From the NCBI GenBank assembly GCA_965248145.1, contig OZ252091.1, positions 3,047,222 through 3,111,221 on the forward strand: a DNA stretch of 64,000 nucleotides, written 5' to 3'. Made by a program: the position numbers and the translations under genes. Each line of letters starts with the position of its first letter. The first letter of the stretch is position 1. The notes beneath the pieces were generated by a model. That model made no database searches. It was not told the origin of the DNA and saw only the letters and a list, made by a program, of their open reading frames with translations. This document shows positions 1 through 8,251 of the stretch, piece by piece. This stretch comes from Gammaproteobacteria bacterium. GTDB lineage: Bacteria > Pseudomonadota > Gammaproteobacteria > Eutrophobiales > Eutrophobiaceae.

Positions 1-1192
1 TGCAAATACCAGCTAACCTGGCAAACACTTCCTGCTTGAGTTCAAGATTTTCATAGACTGCCTCTATGACTAAATCAACGTCACCCAGGTGATCATAATC
101 AGAGCTACCGGTAATTAATGATAAACACTGCTCCATTTGACCTTCACTGAGCTTGCCTTTACTAACGGTGATACTGTAATTCTTGCGCACAAGCTCCAAA
201 CCGCGCGCTAACTGCGCATCACTGACATCCACTATAGCGACCGGAATACCGACATTGGCAAAGTTCATTGCTATACCGCCACCCATTGTGCCACTACCCA
301 CGACACCTACTTTTTTGATGGGTCTATCGACTGTGTCTTTCGCCAGGCCTTTCACTTTGGCGGCCGCTCGCTCGGCAAAAAACATATGGCGCATAGCTGA
401 TGACTGGGAGGATTGCACACGTTCCAGGAACAGTTCACGTGATTTGATCATGCCCTCTTTAAACGGGGTAGTCGCCGCAATTTGAACCGCATCGATTATT
501 TTTTGCGGAGCGAGTTGCCCTCTTGCTTTCCTGGCCATCTTTTGACGCCAGCTGTTGAACAACTCATCGTTTGCAGTTGCCGGGTCTATATCAATATCAC
601 TGACGCGCTTGCAAGGCGCATTTCGGGCTATCAATTGCTGAGCGTAGGCCATTACACCCTCGCGAAAGTCTCCCTCGATAATATGATCAATCAAGTTCAT
701 CGACTTGGCTTTTGGCGCTTCGATTGGGTTACCGCCGGTAATCACATCCAATGCTGTATCGACTCCCGTGAGTCGAGGAAGACGCTGAGTGCCGCCTGAA
801 CCCGGTATAACACCCAATTTCACTTCAGGTAACCCGACTTTCACCGAAGCCGTGGCACAGCGGTAATGGGCAGCCAGCGCCAGTTCAAATCCACCACCCA
901 AAGCGGTCCCGTGCAGCGCTGCAATCACCGGCTTGGATGAATTCTCAATACTATCCAGAACAACAGGCAGAAACGGCTCCGTAGGCGGCTTACCTAATTC
1001 AGTGATATCTGTACCTGCTATAAAGGTGCGACCTTCACAGACAAATAACAAAATTTTTGATTCATCACTCTGGGCGGAATCAACAGCCTCTTGAATGCCC
1101 GCACGCAACGCCTGTGACAAAGCGTTGACCGGCGGGTTATTTATGCTGATTACACCAACGTCATTTTCTATTTCATAACTGACAACTGACAT
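1..1192 (-). CDS. Fatty-acid oxidation multifunctional enzyme, N-terminal part (enoyl-CoA hydratase domain followed by 3-hydroxyacyl-CoA dehydrogenase NAD-binding domain); 3' end lies off-window
   Basis: Absent from the ORF track because it is open at the window edge. My translation of the minus strand from the ATG at complement 1190-1192 gives MSVVSYEIENDVGVISINNPPVNALSQALRAGIQEAVDSAQSDESKILLFVCEGRTF, a crotonase-type N-terminus. Further 3' (plus coords ~240-310) reads VGVVGSGTMGGGIAMNFANVGIPV, a GxGxxG Rossmann motif. Confidence 0.75.
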   Translation of the reverse strand, partial: MSVVSYEIENDVGVISINNPPVNALSQALRAGIQEAVDSAQSDESKILLFVCEGRTFIAGTDITELGKPPTEPFLPVVLDSIENSSKPVIAALHGTALGGGFELALAAHYRCATASVKVGLPEVKLGVIPGSGGTQRLPRLTGVDTALDVITGGNPIEAPKAKSMNLIDHIIEGDFREGVMAYAQQLIARNAPCKRVSDIDIDPATANDELFNSWRQKMARKARGQLAPQKIIDAVQIAATTPFKEGMIKSRELFLERVQSSQSSAMRHMFFAERAAAKVKGLAKDTVDRPIKKVGVVGSGTMGGGIAMNFANVGIPVAIVDVSDAQLARGLELVRKNYSITVSKGKLSEGQMEQCLSLITGSSDYDHLGDVDLVIEAVYENLELKQEVFARLAGIC

Positions 1193-1220
1193 TAATTCTC
1201 TTCCCCAAATTAAGAAAACT

Positions 1221-1416
1221 CTAAACAAGTCCATCCCGGACTTGTCAGAGTACGGAAAATAAAAAATGTAATCCCGTATCAAAGCCTGCCCCGTACTTGA
1301 TACGGGGTACGGGACAGGTTTTTATTTTCCTTCAAAATCAATGCCTTATTGGCATTGATTTTGGCGATACCTCCCTGTATCGCATGAACCTCTGACTTAA
1401 TCAGAAGTTCCCTAAA
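1221..1416 (-). repeat. Structured ~200-bp intergenic element (family A) made of nested hairpins; inverted orientation relative to the copy at 54745-54980
   Basis: Reverse complement aligns by eye with 54745-54980. Shared blocks are ctctgattaagtcagag, caaaatcaatg..cattgatttt and cccgtatcaaagcctgccccgtacttgatacggggtacggg. A core-only fragment is at 32198-32221. Confidence 0.8.
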
Positions 1417-1454
1417 TTCTGACTTGCAAAAAATTATAGACGCTCAGTGAAACA

Positions 1455-1550
1455 AGAATACACCCCCATGATGCAGCAATACCTGAGCATTAAGGCTGAC
1501 TATCCCGGCGCCCTGTTGTTCTTTCGTAGTTTGGGGCTGACTGTATGGAA
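1455..1550 (+). pseudogene. Relic of a mutS 5' end (about 30 codons), ~200 bp upstream of the intact mutS start
   Basis: cacccccatgatgcagcaatacctgagcattaaggctgactatcccggcgccctgttgttctttcgtag parallels cacacccctgttatgcagcaatacctgggttttaaggctgactatccaggcatcctgttgttgtttcgtatg at 1683-1755. It translates to TPMMQQYLSIKADYPGALLFFR and then decays with an indel. Confidence 0.8.
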
Positions 1551-1661
1551 TTTCAAGAGAGAAGCGGTTTTAAACTGATACGGTTGCCCTGAAGCTACGG
1601 GTTAATCGTGTGTATAATGTCAGGTATCGGATGTCGTCACCATTTTTACCAGAATAAACGT

Positions 1662-4211
1662 ATGCTCGCAAAAACCCCCGCGCACACCCCTGTTATGCAG
1701 CAATACCTGGGTTTTAAGGCTGACTATCCAGGCATCCTGTTGTTGTTTCGTATGGGTGACTTCTATGAATTGTTTTACGAAGACGCGCGCAAGGCGGCCA
1801 GGTTGCTCGACATCACCCTGACCTCCCGGGGGAAATCCGACGGCAATGCCATACCCATGGCGGGTGTGCCTTACCATGCCGTTGACGCGTACCTGGCCAA
1901 ATTGATTCGATTGGGTGAATCAGTCGCTATTTGTGAACAAATCGGTGACCCGGCCCTGGCAAAAGGACCGGTTGAGAGAAAGGTGACTCGCATTGTCACG
2001 CCCGGCACCGTCACGGATGAAACCTTGCTGGAAGACAGGACGGATAATCTACTGGTCTGTATCCATATCGACGGCAATCAACAGGGCATCGCCTGCCTGA
2101 ACCTGTCTGACGGCCGCTTCACTCTCAGCCAGACCACGAGTTTACATTCACTGCATGACGAACTGGAACGGTTACGGCCCGCCGAACTGCTAATCCGTGA
2201 AGGTAACGGACTGGAAGGCAATTTCAGCGACTTCTGCAAAAACGTGGAATCCCGCGCCGCGTGGCACTTTGATCATGACACGGCCGCGAACGTCATCAAA
2301 CAACAATACCGGGTCAGCGAACTGGAAGGGCTGGGCTGTACCGCGCTACCCCTGGCAACCAGCGCCGCGGGGGCGCTGCTGCACTACGTTAATGAAACAC
2401 AGAGCGGGGCATTATTGCACCTGCAATCCATCAGGATTGAGTACCAGTCCGACAGTATCATTCTTGACGCTACAAGTCGTCGCAACCTGGAACTGGAACA
2501 GGACCTTGCCGGAAGAAAGTCAAACAGTCTGCTGGGGGTGCTTGATACCACTGCAACGACAATGGGCAGCCGGCTGCTGAAGCGTTGGTTGAATCGGCCT
2601 CTGCGCGCCCGGCAAGTGCTTCGACTGCGCCATGATGCAGTCAAAAACCTGTTAGTCAGGAAAACTTACGCGGCGGTCCACGAAGCGCTGAAACACGTAA
2701 ACGACGTGGAACGTATCCTGGCAAGAGTGGCCTTGAAATCCGCACGCCCCAGGGACCTGGTACAGCTGCACAAATCGCTCCTCCGGTTACCGGACCTGAA
2801 ATCAACACTGGAAACCGTGAACAGCCCCCGTATTAATGAGTTGAATCACCAGATTCATGATTTTCCCGAGTTAAAGGCATACCTGGGAAGCGCATTACTT
2901 GAAACGCCGGCTGCAAGTATTCGGGACGGCGACGTGATCGCCGACGGTTTCGACGATGAATTGGACAAACTGCGTAAGCTGGACAAGGACGCCGGTACAT
3001 TCCTGAACTCACTTGAAGAACGCGAGAGAGAACGCACCGGCATTACCACGTTAAAAGTGGGGTTTAACCGCGTACATGGATACTATATTGAAGTGTCCAG
3101 GCTCCAGAGCGAGACGGTCCCGGTGGAGTATCACAGGAGACAAACCCTGAAATCAACGGAACGGTTTATCACCGAAGAATTAAAAGACTTCGAGGATAAG
3201 GTATTGAGCGCAAAGGAACGGGCACTGGCGCGGGAAAAAATATTATACGAGGAAATCCTGGAGCGGATCTGTGCCGACCTCACCCCCTTGCAGGCATCTG
3301 CCGCGGCGCTTTGTGAAGCAGACGTGCTGGCTTGCTTTGCCGAACGCGCGGACGTTCATGATTACCGCCAACCCGAATTTGTCGATACCCCCGGTTTTGC
3401 TATCCAGGCAGGACGTCACCCCGTGATCGAACGATTGCAGACAGCTCCTTTTATTGCCAATGACACCACGTTGGACGATGCCACCAGAATGCTGCTGATT
3501 ACCGGCCCGAATATGGGAGGCAAATCAACCTATATGCGCCAGACCGCACTCATCACGCTGCTCGCGCATATCGGCAGTTTCGTCCCCGCCGATCAGGCAA
3601 TACTTGGCCCCGTTGATCGCATCTTCACGCGTATCGGTGCGACCGATGATATTTCCGCGGGCAAATCAACCTTCATGGCCGAAATGGTGGAAACCGCAAA
3701 GATACTGAACAACGCCACGGACCTGAGTCTGGTATTGATAGACGAGATTGGACGCGGCACCAGCACCTACGACGGCATGGCCCTGGCCTGGGCCTGCGCT
3801 ACCTACCTGGCAAACAACGTCAAGGCTTTTACCTTGTTCGCCACCCACTATTTTGAACTGACCACCCTGGCCGACATCATGGACACCATAAAGAACGTAC
3901 ACCTTGACGCCATCAAACATAATGACGAGATAGTTTTTCTGCATACGGTTAAACCCGGCGCTACGAATCGAAGCTATGGGATTCAAGTGGCGCAACTTGC
4001 CGGCATTCCCCGCGCCGTCATCAACCAGGCAAACCACCAGCTTGACGTCATGGAAAAAAACACCATAGACCTGCTCCCGGACGTTCCGCAGCAGGACTTG
4101 TTTCAACGGCCTGATGAATTACGGGAGTTGCTGGATAAAATCGACCCGGATACGGTCACGCCAAAGCAGGCACTGGAAATATTGTACCGACTGCACGAAC
4201 TGAGTCGTTGA
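1662..4211 (+). CDS. mutS: DNA mismatch repair protein MutS
   Basis: ORF 1608..4211. The ATG at 1662 gives ~849 aa. It has the N-terminal mismatch-binding motif [34 protein letters not shown], the Walker [10 protein letters not shown] and the Walker [17 protein letters not shown]. Confidence 0.97.
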   Translation: MLAKTPAHTPVMQQYLGFKADYPGILLLFRMGDFYELFYEDARKAARLLDITLTSRGKSDGNAIPMAGVPYHAVDAYLAKLIRLGESVAICEQIGDPALAKGPVERKVTRIVTPGTVTDETLLEDRTDNLLVCIHIDGNQQGIACLNLSDGRFTLSQTTSLHSLHDELERLRPAELLIREGNGLEGNFSDFCKNVESRAAWHFDHDTAANVIKQQYRVSELEGLGCTALPLATSAAGALLHYVNETQSGALLHLQSIRIEYQSDSIILDATSRRNLELEQDLAGRKSNSLLGVLDTTATTMGSRLLKRWLNRPLRARQVLRLRHDAVKNLLVRKTYAAVHEALKHVNDVERILARVALKSARPRDLVQLHKSLLRLPDLKSTLETVNSPRINELNHQIHDFPELKAYLGSALLETPAASIRDGDVIADGFDDELDKLRKLDKDAGTFLNSLEERERERTGITTLKVGFNRVHGYYIEVSRLQSETVPVEYHRRQTLKSTERFITEELKDFEDKVLSAKERALAREKILYEEILERICADLTPLQASAAALCEADVLACFAERADVHDYRQPEFVDTPGFAIQAGRHPVIERLQTAPFIANDTTLDDATRMLLITGPNMGGKSTYMRQTALITLLAHIGSFVPADQAILGPVDRIFTRIGATDDISAGKSTFMAEMVETAKILNNATDLSLVLIDEIGRGTSTYDGMALAWACATYLANNVKAFTLFATHYFELTTLADIMDTIKNVHLDAIKHNDEIVFLHTVKPGATNRSYGIQVAQLAGIPRAVINQANHQLDVMEKNTIDLLPDVPQQDLFQRPDELRELLDKIDPDTVTPKQALEILYRLHELSR

Positions 4212-4213
4212 TT

Positions 4214-4264
4214 GAAAAATAAATCTGTCCCCTTTTCCTAAAATAAATCTGTCCCCTTTTCTCC
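4214..4264. repeat. REP family B, two direct units (aaaataaatctgtcccctttt)
   Basis: The same ~22-nt unit recurs at 58218-58241 (inverted) and as an inverted pair at 58328-58384. Confidence 0.8.
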
Positions 4265-4324
4265 TTAAACTGGATATAATTGTAGGATACAATACCTCAA
4301 TACAACCTGTGGAAGGATGGATTT

Positions 4325-4648
4325 ATGCCCTTTATCGTTATAGATAGCTGCATCAAATGTAAATACACCGATTGCGTCGAAGTATGCCCGGTTGATTGTT
4401 TTCATGAAGGCCCGAACATGCTGGTCATTGACCCGGACGAATGTATAGACTGCACCCTGTGTGAGCCGGAATGCCCGGTCGAAGCCATTATGTCTGAAGA
4501 TGATGTCGATGAGAGTCAGCAGGAGTTTATTGCCTTGAATGCAGAACTCTCCAGGGAATGGCCCGTCATCAGCGAAATGAAGGACGCGCCCGCTGACGCG
4601 GACGATTGGAAAGAGGTCAAGGGTAAACTCAAGCACCTGGAGCGATAG
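4325..4648 (+). CDS. fdxA: 7Fe ferredoxin (FdxA type)
   Basis: 107 aa. Cluster motifs are [18 protein letters not shown] and [16 protein letters not shown]. Confidence 0.92.
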   Translation: MPFIVIDSCIKCKYTDCVEVCPVDCFHEGPNMLVIDPDECIDCTLCEPECPVEAIMSEDDVDESQQEFIALNAELSREWPVISEMKDAPADADDWKEVKGKLKHLER

Positions 4649-4687
4649 CACGCCTGAATCATGCGCCTGCACTTATGAACCGGCACA

Positions 4688-5437
4688 TTGAGTATTACCG
4701 AAAAAATCGCTATCGCATCCCTTTCAGACACGGGTAAACGGCGCCCTCACAACGAAGACAGTATTTTAAGCGACAGCGATGCCGGGGTGGTGATCCTGGC
4801 TGATGGGCTGGGCGGCCATAACGCCGGAGAGGTCGCCAGCGCTATGGCGGTGGCTGTAACCCATGAGCAAATCCTGGAAGGTCTCAAGAACATCGAGTCC
4901 AACCATCCTGACGAAAACACCGGATTAACAGCCGTCTCCCAGGTCGTTAAACAGGCAGTCACTCAAGCAAACTCGGATATTTACGCCGAGGCCCAAAGGG
5001 AGATCGAGTGCCAGGGCATGGGTACTACCATCGTAGTTTGTGTATTCCATGATGACCTTGTTACGGTCGCCCACGTCGGCGACTCACGCTTATACCGAAA
5101 AAGAGGAAAGAACTTCACACAACTGACAAAAGATCATTTCACCTGGGGCTGGCTGGACCGGGCGGTCGGGGTCGAGAAGAATGTTATGGTTGACATCATG
5201 GAAGAAGCTGTCCGACCCGGGGATATCTACCTGCTGTGCTCCGATGGATTGACCGACATGGTAACCGATGATGACATTCACGCAGCCCTGGCTGAATACA
5301 ACACCGATCTGGCTGAAACAGTCCGTAAGTTGGTAAAAACAGCAAATGAAAACGGTGGGAAAGACAATATCTCAGTGATACTGGCTGCTGTTGATAGATT
5401 GACTATGGAAATTAAAGGGTTATCAGGAAGCCGGTAA
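4688..5437 (+). CDS. PP2C-family Ser/Thr protein phosphatase; last ~11 codons lie inside the 5404-5775 direct repeat
   Basis: Motifs DTGKRRPHNEDS, ADGLGGHNAGEVAS, GTTIVV, HVGDSRLY, LLCSDGLTD and GGKDNISVI. The segment between KDH and LDRAVG looks shorter than usual for the family. Confidence 0.85.
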   Translation: MSITEKIAIASLSDTGKRRPHNEDSILSDSDAGVVILADGLGGHNAGEVASAMAVAVTHEQILEGLKNIESNHPDENTGLTAVSQVVKQAVTQANSDIYAEAQREIECQGMGTTIVVCVFHDDLVTVAHVGDSRLYRKRGKNFTQLTKDHFTWGWLDRAVGVEKNVMVDIMEEAVRPGDIYLLCSDGLTDMVTDDDIHAALAEYNTDLAETVRKLVKTANENGGKDNISVILAAVDRLTMEIKGLSGSR

Positions 5438-5775
5438 CCGTTAAATTGATGGCGATAGAAGCTAAAATTAGCCCGACCATCCATTTGATTATCCTGTTTT
5501 CCATTTCTATCATCCTGTTTTCCATCCTGTTTTCCAATTGAACAAGGTCAGGTTTAGTTGCCAGCCGATCCGACAGTTCGTCATTCAATGCCCGGGCAAA
5601 AGCGTCGGCTTTTTCTGAATCAAATACCTTTTCTTGTTTCAAACGTTCAGAGAATCCGATTGATACAGTAGACATGATGTCACCTCCATTGACTCCATTA
5701 AAATATATACCAATGATTGTTTGCCGGATAGTATAGTATAACCTGATTCACATTTTCAAACAAAGCAATCGTTCA
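5404..5775. repeat. Left copy of a ~360-bp direct repeat that brackets the DUF433/PIN-like module
   Basis: The stretch from atggaaattaaagggtta...ccggtaaccgttaaattgatggc... to ...cattttcaaacaaagcaatcgttca aligns with 6594-6947. The two copies differ by substitutions and small indels. Confidence 0.85.
5412..5675 (-). CDS. Small coiled-coil protein with C-terminal transmembrane helix (DUF1640-like)
   Basis: 87 aa: MSTVSIGFSERLKQEKVFDSEKADAFARALNDELSDRLATKPDLVQLENRM...IIKWMVGLILASIAINLTVTGFLITL. A paralog lies at 6600..6851. Confidence 0.6.
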   Translation of the reverse strand: MSTVSIGFSERLKQEKVFDSEKADAFARALNDELSDRLATKPDLVQLENRMENRMIEMENRIIKWMVGLILASIAINLTVTGFLITL

Positions 5776-5805
5776 GATAGATAATTCTTCATATCTGGAG
5801 TATAC

Positions 5806-6048
5806 TTGCCTCTGGAGATGCGTATGAATAATTCTGTCATTACCAGAGACCCTGGAATCCTCGGTGGGGTTCCTGTTTTCAGCGGGACCAGAGTTCCGGT
5901 ACGCATTCTGATGGAACACTTGGAAGCTGGAGACCGACTTGATGATTTTCTTGATGACTACCCCACCGTCAGTCGTGAGCAGGCCATTCAATTGATCGAA
6001 CTGGCCATTGAGCAACTCACGAACGCTGGTAATGAAGCTGCTGCTTGA
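5806..6048 (+). CDS. DUF433-type antitoxin-like protein
   Basis: ITRDPGILGGVPVFSGTRVPVRILMEHLEAGDRLDDFLDDYPTVSREQAIQLIELA is the typical DUF433 signature. Its end overlaps the start of the next gene. Confidence 0.75.
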   Translation: MPLEMRMNNSVITRDPGILGGVPVFSGTRVPVRILMEHLEAGDRLDDFLDDYPTVSREQAIQLIELAIEQLTNAGNEAAA

Positions 6049-6409
6049 CGAATCCATACCGAGGCGCTTGGCCGCCCATTTTCCCGATACTTTCGAAATC
6101 AAGACCGTTCCCGCTATGGGGTGGGCAGGTGCCAAGAACGGTGCATTGTTCAGGCTTGCGGCAGATAAGGGATTCAGAGCACTCATCACCGCAGATCAAA
6201 ATATCGAGCATCAACAGAATCTGGATACGCTTCCTATCACTATTGTCGTACTCATCGCGCACCGCACCCGAATTCAAGATTTTCAACCATTGATTCCAGA
6301 GGTCGTTCTAACTCTTGAAGATAACCCCGGGAAGAGCTTTTATCGTATCACCGCCAGAGAGAATGACGAAGATTTAGCTCAGGATAGTCAATCTTCGTTA
6401 CTGCCATGA
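6032..6409 (+). CDS. DUF5615 / PIN-like (Mut7-C type) putative toxin partner of DUF433
   Basis: The ATG at 6032 gives MKLLLDESIPRRLAAHFP.... It overlaps the DUF433 stop by 17 nt, the usual two-gene arrangement. Confidence 0.65.
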   Translation: MKLLLDESIPRRLAAHFPDTFEIKTVPAMGWAGAKNGALFRLAADKGFRALITADQNIEHQQNLDTLPITIVVLIAHRTRIQDFQPLIPEVVLTLEDNPGKSFYRITARENDEDLAQDSQSSLLP

Positions 6410-6510
6410 CAGTTTAATCACCTGATCAAGCAAGGCTTCGGATGCTTCTTCTCCCCTTGCCTTCTCATCTTTGAGAGCGAAATAACACTGTACAGGCTGA
6501 CCCTGCCCCT
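6398..6510 (-). pseudogene. Relic of the 3' end of a paralog of the AbiEi-like gene at 8252..9325
   Basis: The minus-strand translation QPVQCYFALKDEKARGEEASEALLDQVIKLSWQ* matches the C-terminus SLIQCYLDLKDEKARGAEAAEVLLEQIIKPSWQ* of the 357-aa protein. Confidence 0.8.
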
Positions 6511-6548
6511 GTTTACGACATACCGGGGCAGGCTTCTGCGACACGTTA
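6503..6548. repeat. REP family G hairpin unit
   Basis: ctgcccctgtttacgacataccggggcaggcttctgcgacacgtta resembles cgccccctgcttacgacatgctggggcaggcttcggcgacacgtta at 22132-22177. Confidence 0.75.
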
Positions 6549-6593
6549 CGGGCATGAAGCCAATTCAACCAACTGCTGCTGGTAGGTTGGCGA

Positions 6594-6947
6594 TGGAAAT
6601 TAAAGGGTTACCAGGAAGCCGGTAACCGTTAAATTGATGGCAGTAGCTGCCAGAACAAGACCGATCATCCATTTGATTATCCTGTTTTCCATTTCAATCA
6701 TTTTGTTTTTCATTTGGATAAGATCAATTTTAGTCGCTAACTGATCCGACAGTTCGTCATTCAACGCCCTGGCAAAGGCGTCGGCTTTTTCTGAATCAAA
6801 TATCTTTTCTTGTTTCAAACGTTCTGAGAACCCGAATGAGACAGTAGACATGATGTCACCTCCATTGACTCCATTAAAATATATACCAGTGATTGTTTGC
6901 TGGATAGTATAACCCGCTTCACATTTTCAAACAAAGCAATCGTTCAC
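6594..6947. repeat. Right copy of the ~360-bp direct repeat (see 5404-5775)
   Basis: Alignment by eye with 5404-5775. Confidence 0.85.
6600..6851 (-). CDS. Small coiled-coil protein with C-terminal transmembrane helix (DUF1640-like), paralog of 5412..5675
   Basis: 83 aa: MSTVSFGFSERLKQEKIFDSEKADAFARALNDELSDQLATKIDLIQMKNKM...WMIGLVLAATAINLTVTGFLVTL. Confidence 0.6.
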   Translation of the reverse strand: MSTVSFGFSERLKQEKIFDSEKADAFARALNDELSDQLATKIDLIQMKNKMIEMENRIIKWMIGLVLAATAINLTVTGFLVTL

Positions 6948-7031
6948 TTGACTAATTCAATGGAAGAGTCTATATGTACCGAACAACAGGAGCTTTTTCT
7001 ACCTCTCAGGGAACATCAGCGAGTATCATAT

Positions 7032-7604
7032 ATGGCATATAGTGAAAAGCGGGCGGCACAGACTGCAGCATTCTTTATCTCTCGCGCCGGCGGCACAATC
7101 GAATTATTAAAACTCATGAAGTTAATGTATCTGGCCGAGCGCGAATCTCTTACCAGGTATGGTGAGCCTATCACGGGCGATGTCCTGGTTTCCATGAAAC
7201 ATGGTCCGGTATTATCTATAACACTGGATCATATTAACGGTTTCATTGATTCAGAAGAGGGAGGATGGGAAAGCTGGATCAGCGCCAGAGCGGGTCACCA
7301 GTTAGGATTACAACCAGCGCACGACCCCGCCGATAAGTTGACGCAATTAAGTGACGCAGATATGGAGATTCTTGATTTCATATGGGACAAGTTCGGTCAA
7401 TACAGCAAGTACAAACTCCGCGACATTACCCATGAAATTTGCTCGGAGTGGGAAGACCCCGGAGATACATCGCAACTCATTCCATATAGCAGGGTACTGA
7501 ATTGTGTAGGTCATAAACCTGAGGTTGTCCGAGAACTCGAACAGAGAATACGCGATGAAGAGGAGTTGGACAAAATGTTCAGTTCAACCACAACGAACCA
7601 TTAA
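7032..7604 (+). CDS. Panacea-domain (DUF4065, SocA-like) antitoxin-type protein
   Basis: From the ATG at 7032: MAYSEKRAAQTAAFFISRAGGTIELLKLMKLMYLAERESLTRYGEPITGDVLVSMKHGPVLSITLDHING, the typical Panacea-domain core. Confidence 0.7.
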   Translation: MAYSEKRAAQTAAFFISRAGGTIELLKLMKLMYLAERESLTRYGEPITGDVLVSMKHGPVLSITLDHINGFIDSEEGGWESWISARAGHQLGLQPAHDPADKLTQLSDADMEILDFIWDKFGQYSKYKLRDITHEICSEWEDPGDTSQLIPYSRVLNCVGHKPEVVRELEQRIRDEEELDKMFSSTTTNH

Positions 7605-7630
7605 TCAGATTAAGTTAGTTCTAGTAGGAT

Positions 7631-8017
7631 ATGGGCGAATGGACCTGCAGGCCAGGAGGCACATTAATCATCCCCTCCGGACCAAGAGGAGAACACCTTT
7701 TTATCATCCTCAACATGCCAAAAGACTTTGCCGGCTATTTAAATTCATCAGTTCTTGTTAATGTATGCAGTGTAAGAAATGCGCCGCATGACGGAACGTG
7801 CATACTGGAACCTGGAAGCCACCCGTTCATTAAACAAAGGAGTTATATAGCGTACAGGCACGCCAGGATAGACAGGGAAGAAAGTTTAATTCAACAAGTC
7901 AGTGCCTCATTATTCACTCCACATGATCCATTGGATGATACGTTGTTAAAACGCGTTCAGAATGGATTACACAAGTCTCCACAAACTCGAAGATTTCTGA
8001 AGGAAGTCGATATATAG
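7631..8017 (+). CDS. Hypothetical 128-aa protein, candidate toxin partner of the Panacea-domain protein
   Basis: It starts 27 nt downstream of the Panacea gene on the same strand. I recognise no family. The segments PGGTLIIPSGPRGEHLFIIL and SYIAYRHARIDREESL are loosely reminiscent of MazF/CcdB-fold toxins. Confidence 0.5.
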   Translation: MGEWTCRPGGTLIIPSGPRGEHLFIILNMPKDFAGYLNSSVLVNVCSVRNAPHDGTCILEPGSHPFIKQRSYIAYRHARIDREESLIQQVSASLFTPHDPLDDTLLKRVQNGLHKSPQTRRFLKEVDI

Positions 8018-8021
8018 CTTG

Positions 8022-8095
8022 CTTGATGACTTCCTCAATCACAAACCAAGCGTCAGCCGCGAGCAGGGGGTCCAGTTACTCAACTCAACAACAGA
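8022..8095 (+). pseudogene. Relic of a DUF433 gene 3' part
   Basis: It translates to LDDFLNHKPSVSREQGVQLLNSTTELL. Compare LDDFLDDYPTVSREQAIQLIELAIEQL in the intact DUF433 protein (5806..6048). Confidence 0.7.
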
Positions 8096-8102
8096 ATTAC
8101 TC

Positions 8103-8172
8103 ACAAAAAACAGCCGCGTTAGTGGCGGCTGTCGGGCCGTGGATCCTGTTAAGGATACCTACAGTGTGGTTG
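8103..8172. repeat. 70-bp direct repeat, copy 1 (contains the terminator hairpin); copy 2 at 13696-13766
   Basis: acaaaaaacagccgcgttagtggcggctgtcgggccgtggatcctgttaaggatacctacagtgtggttg compares with acaaaaaaacagccgcgttagtggcggctgtcgggccgtgggtcctgttaaggataccaacggtgtagttg. Confidence 0.85.
8105..8131 (-). terminator. Rho-independent terminator downstream of the 8252..9325 gene
   Basis: The minus strand reads cagccgccactaacgcggctg followed by tttttt, a 7-bp GC-rich stem with a T-run. Confidence 0.7.
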
Positions 8173-8251
8173 GCTGAAATATAGCACAAAATTATTTCTT
8201 GAAAATAAGAAATATCCAATTGATCACATTTGGTGGAATAGTCAACCTTCG

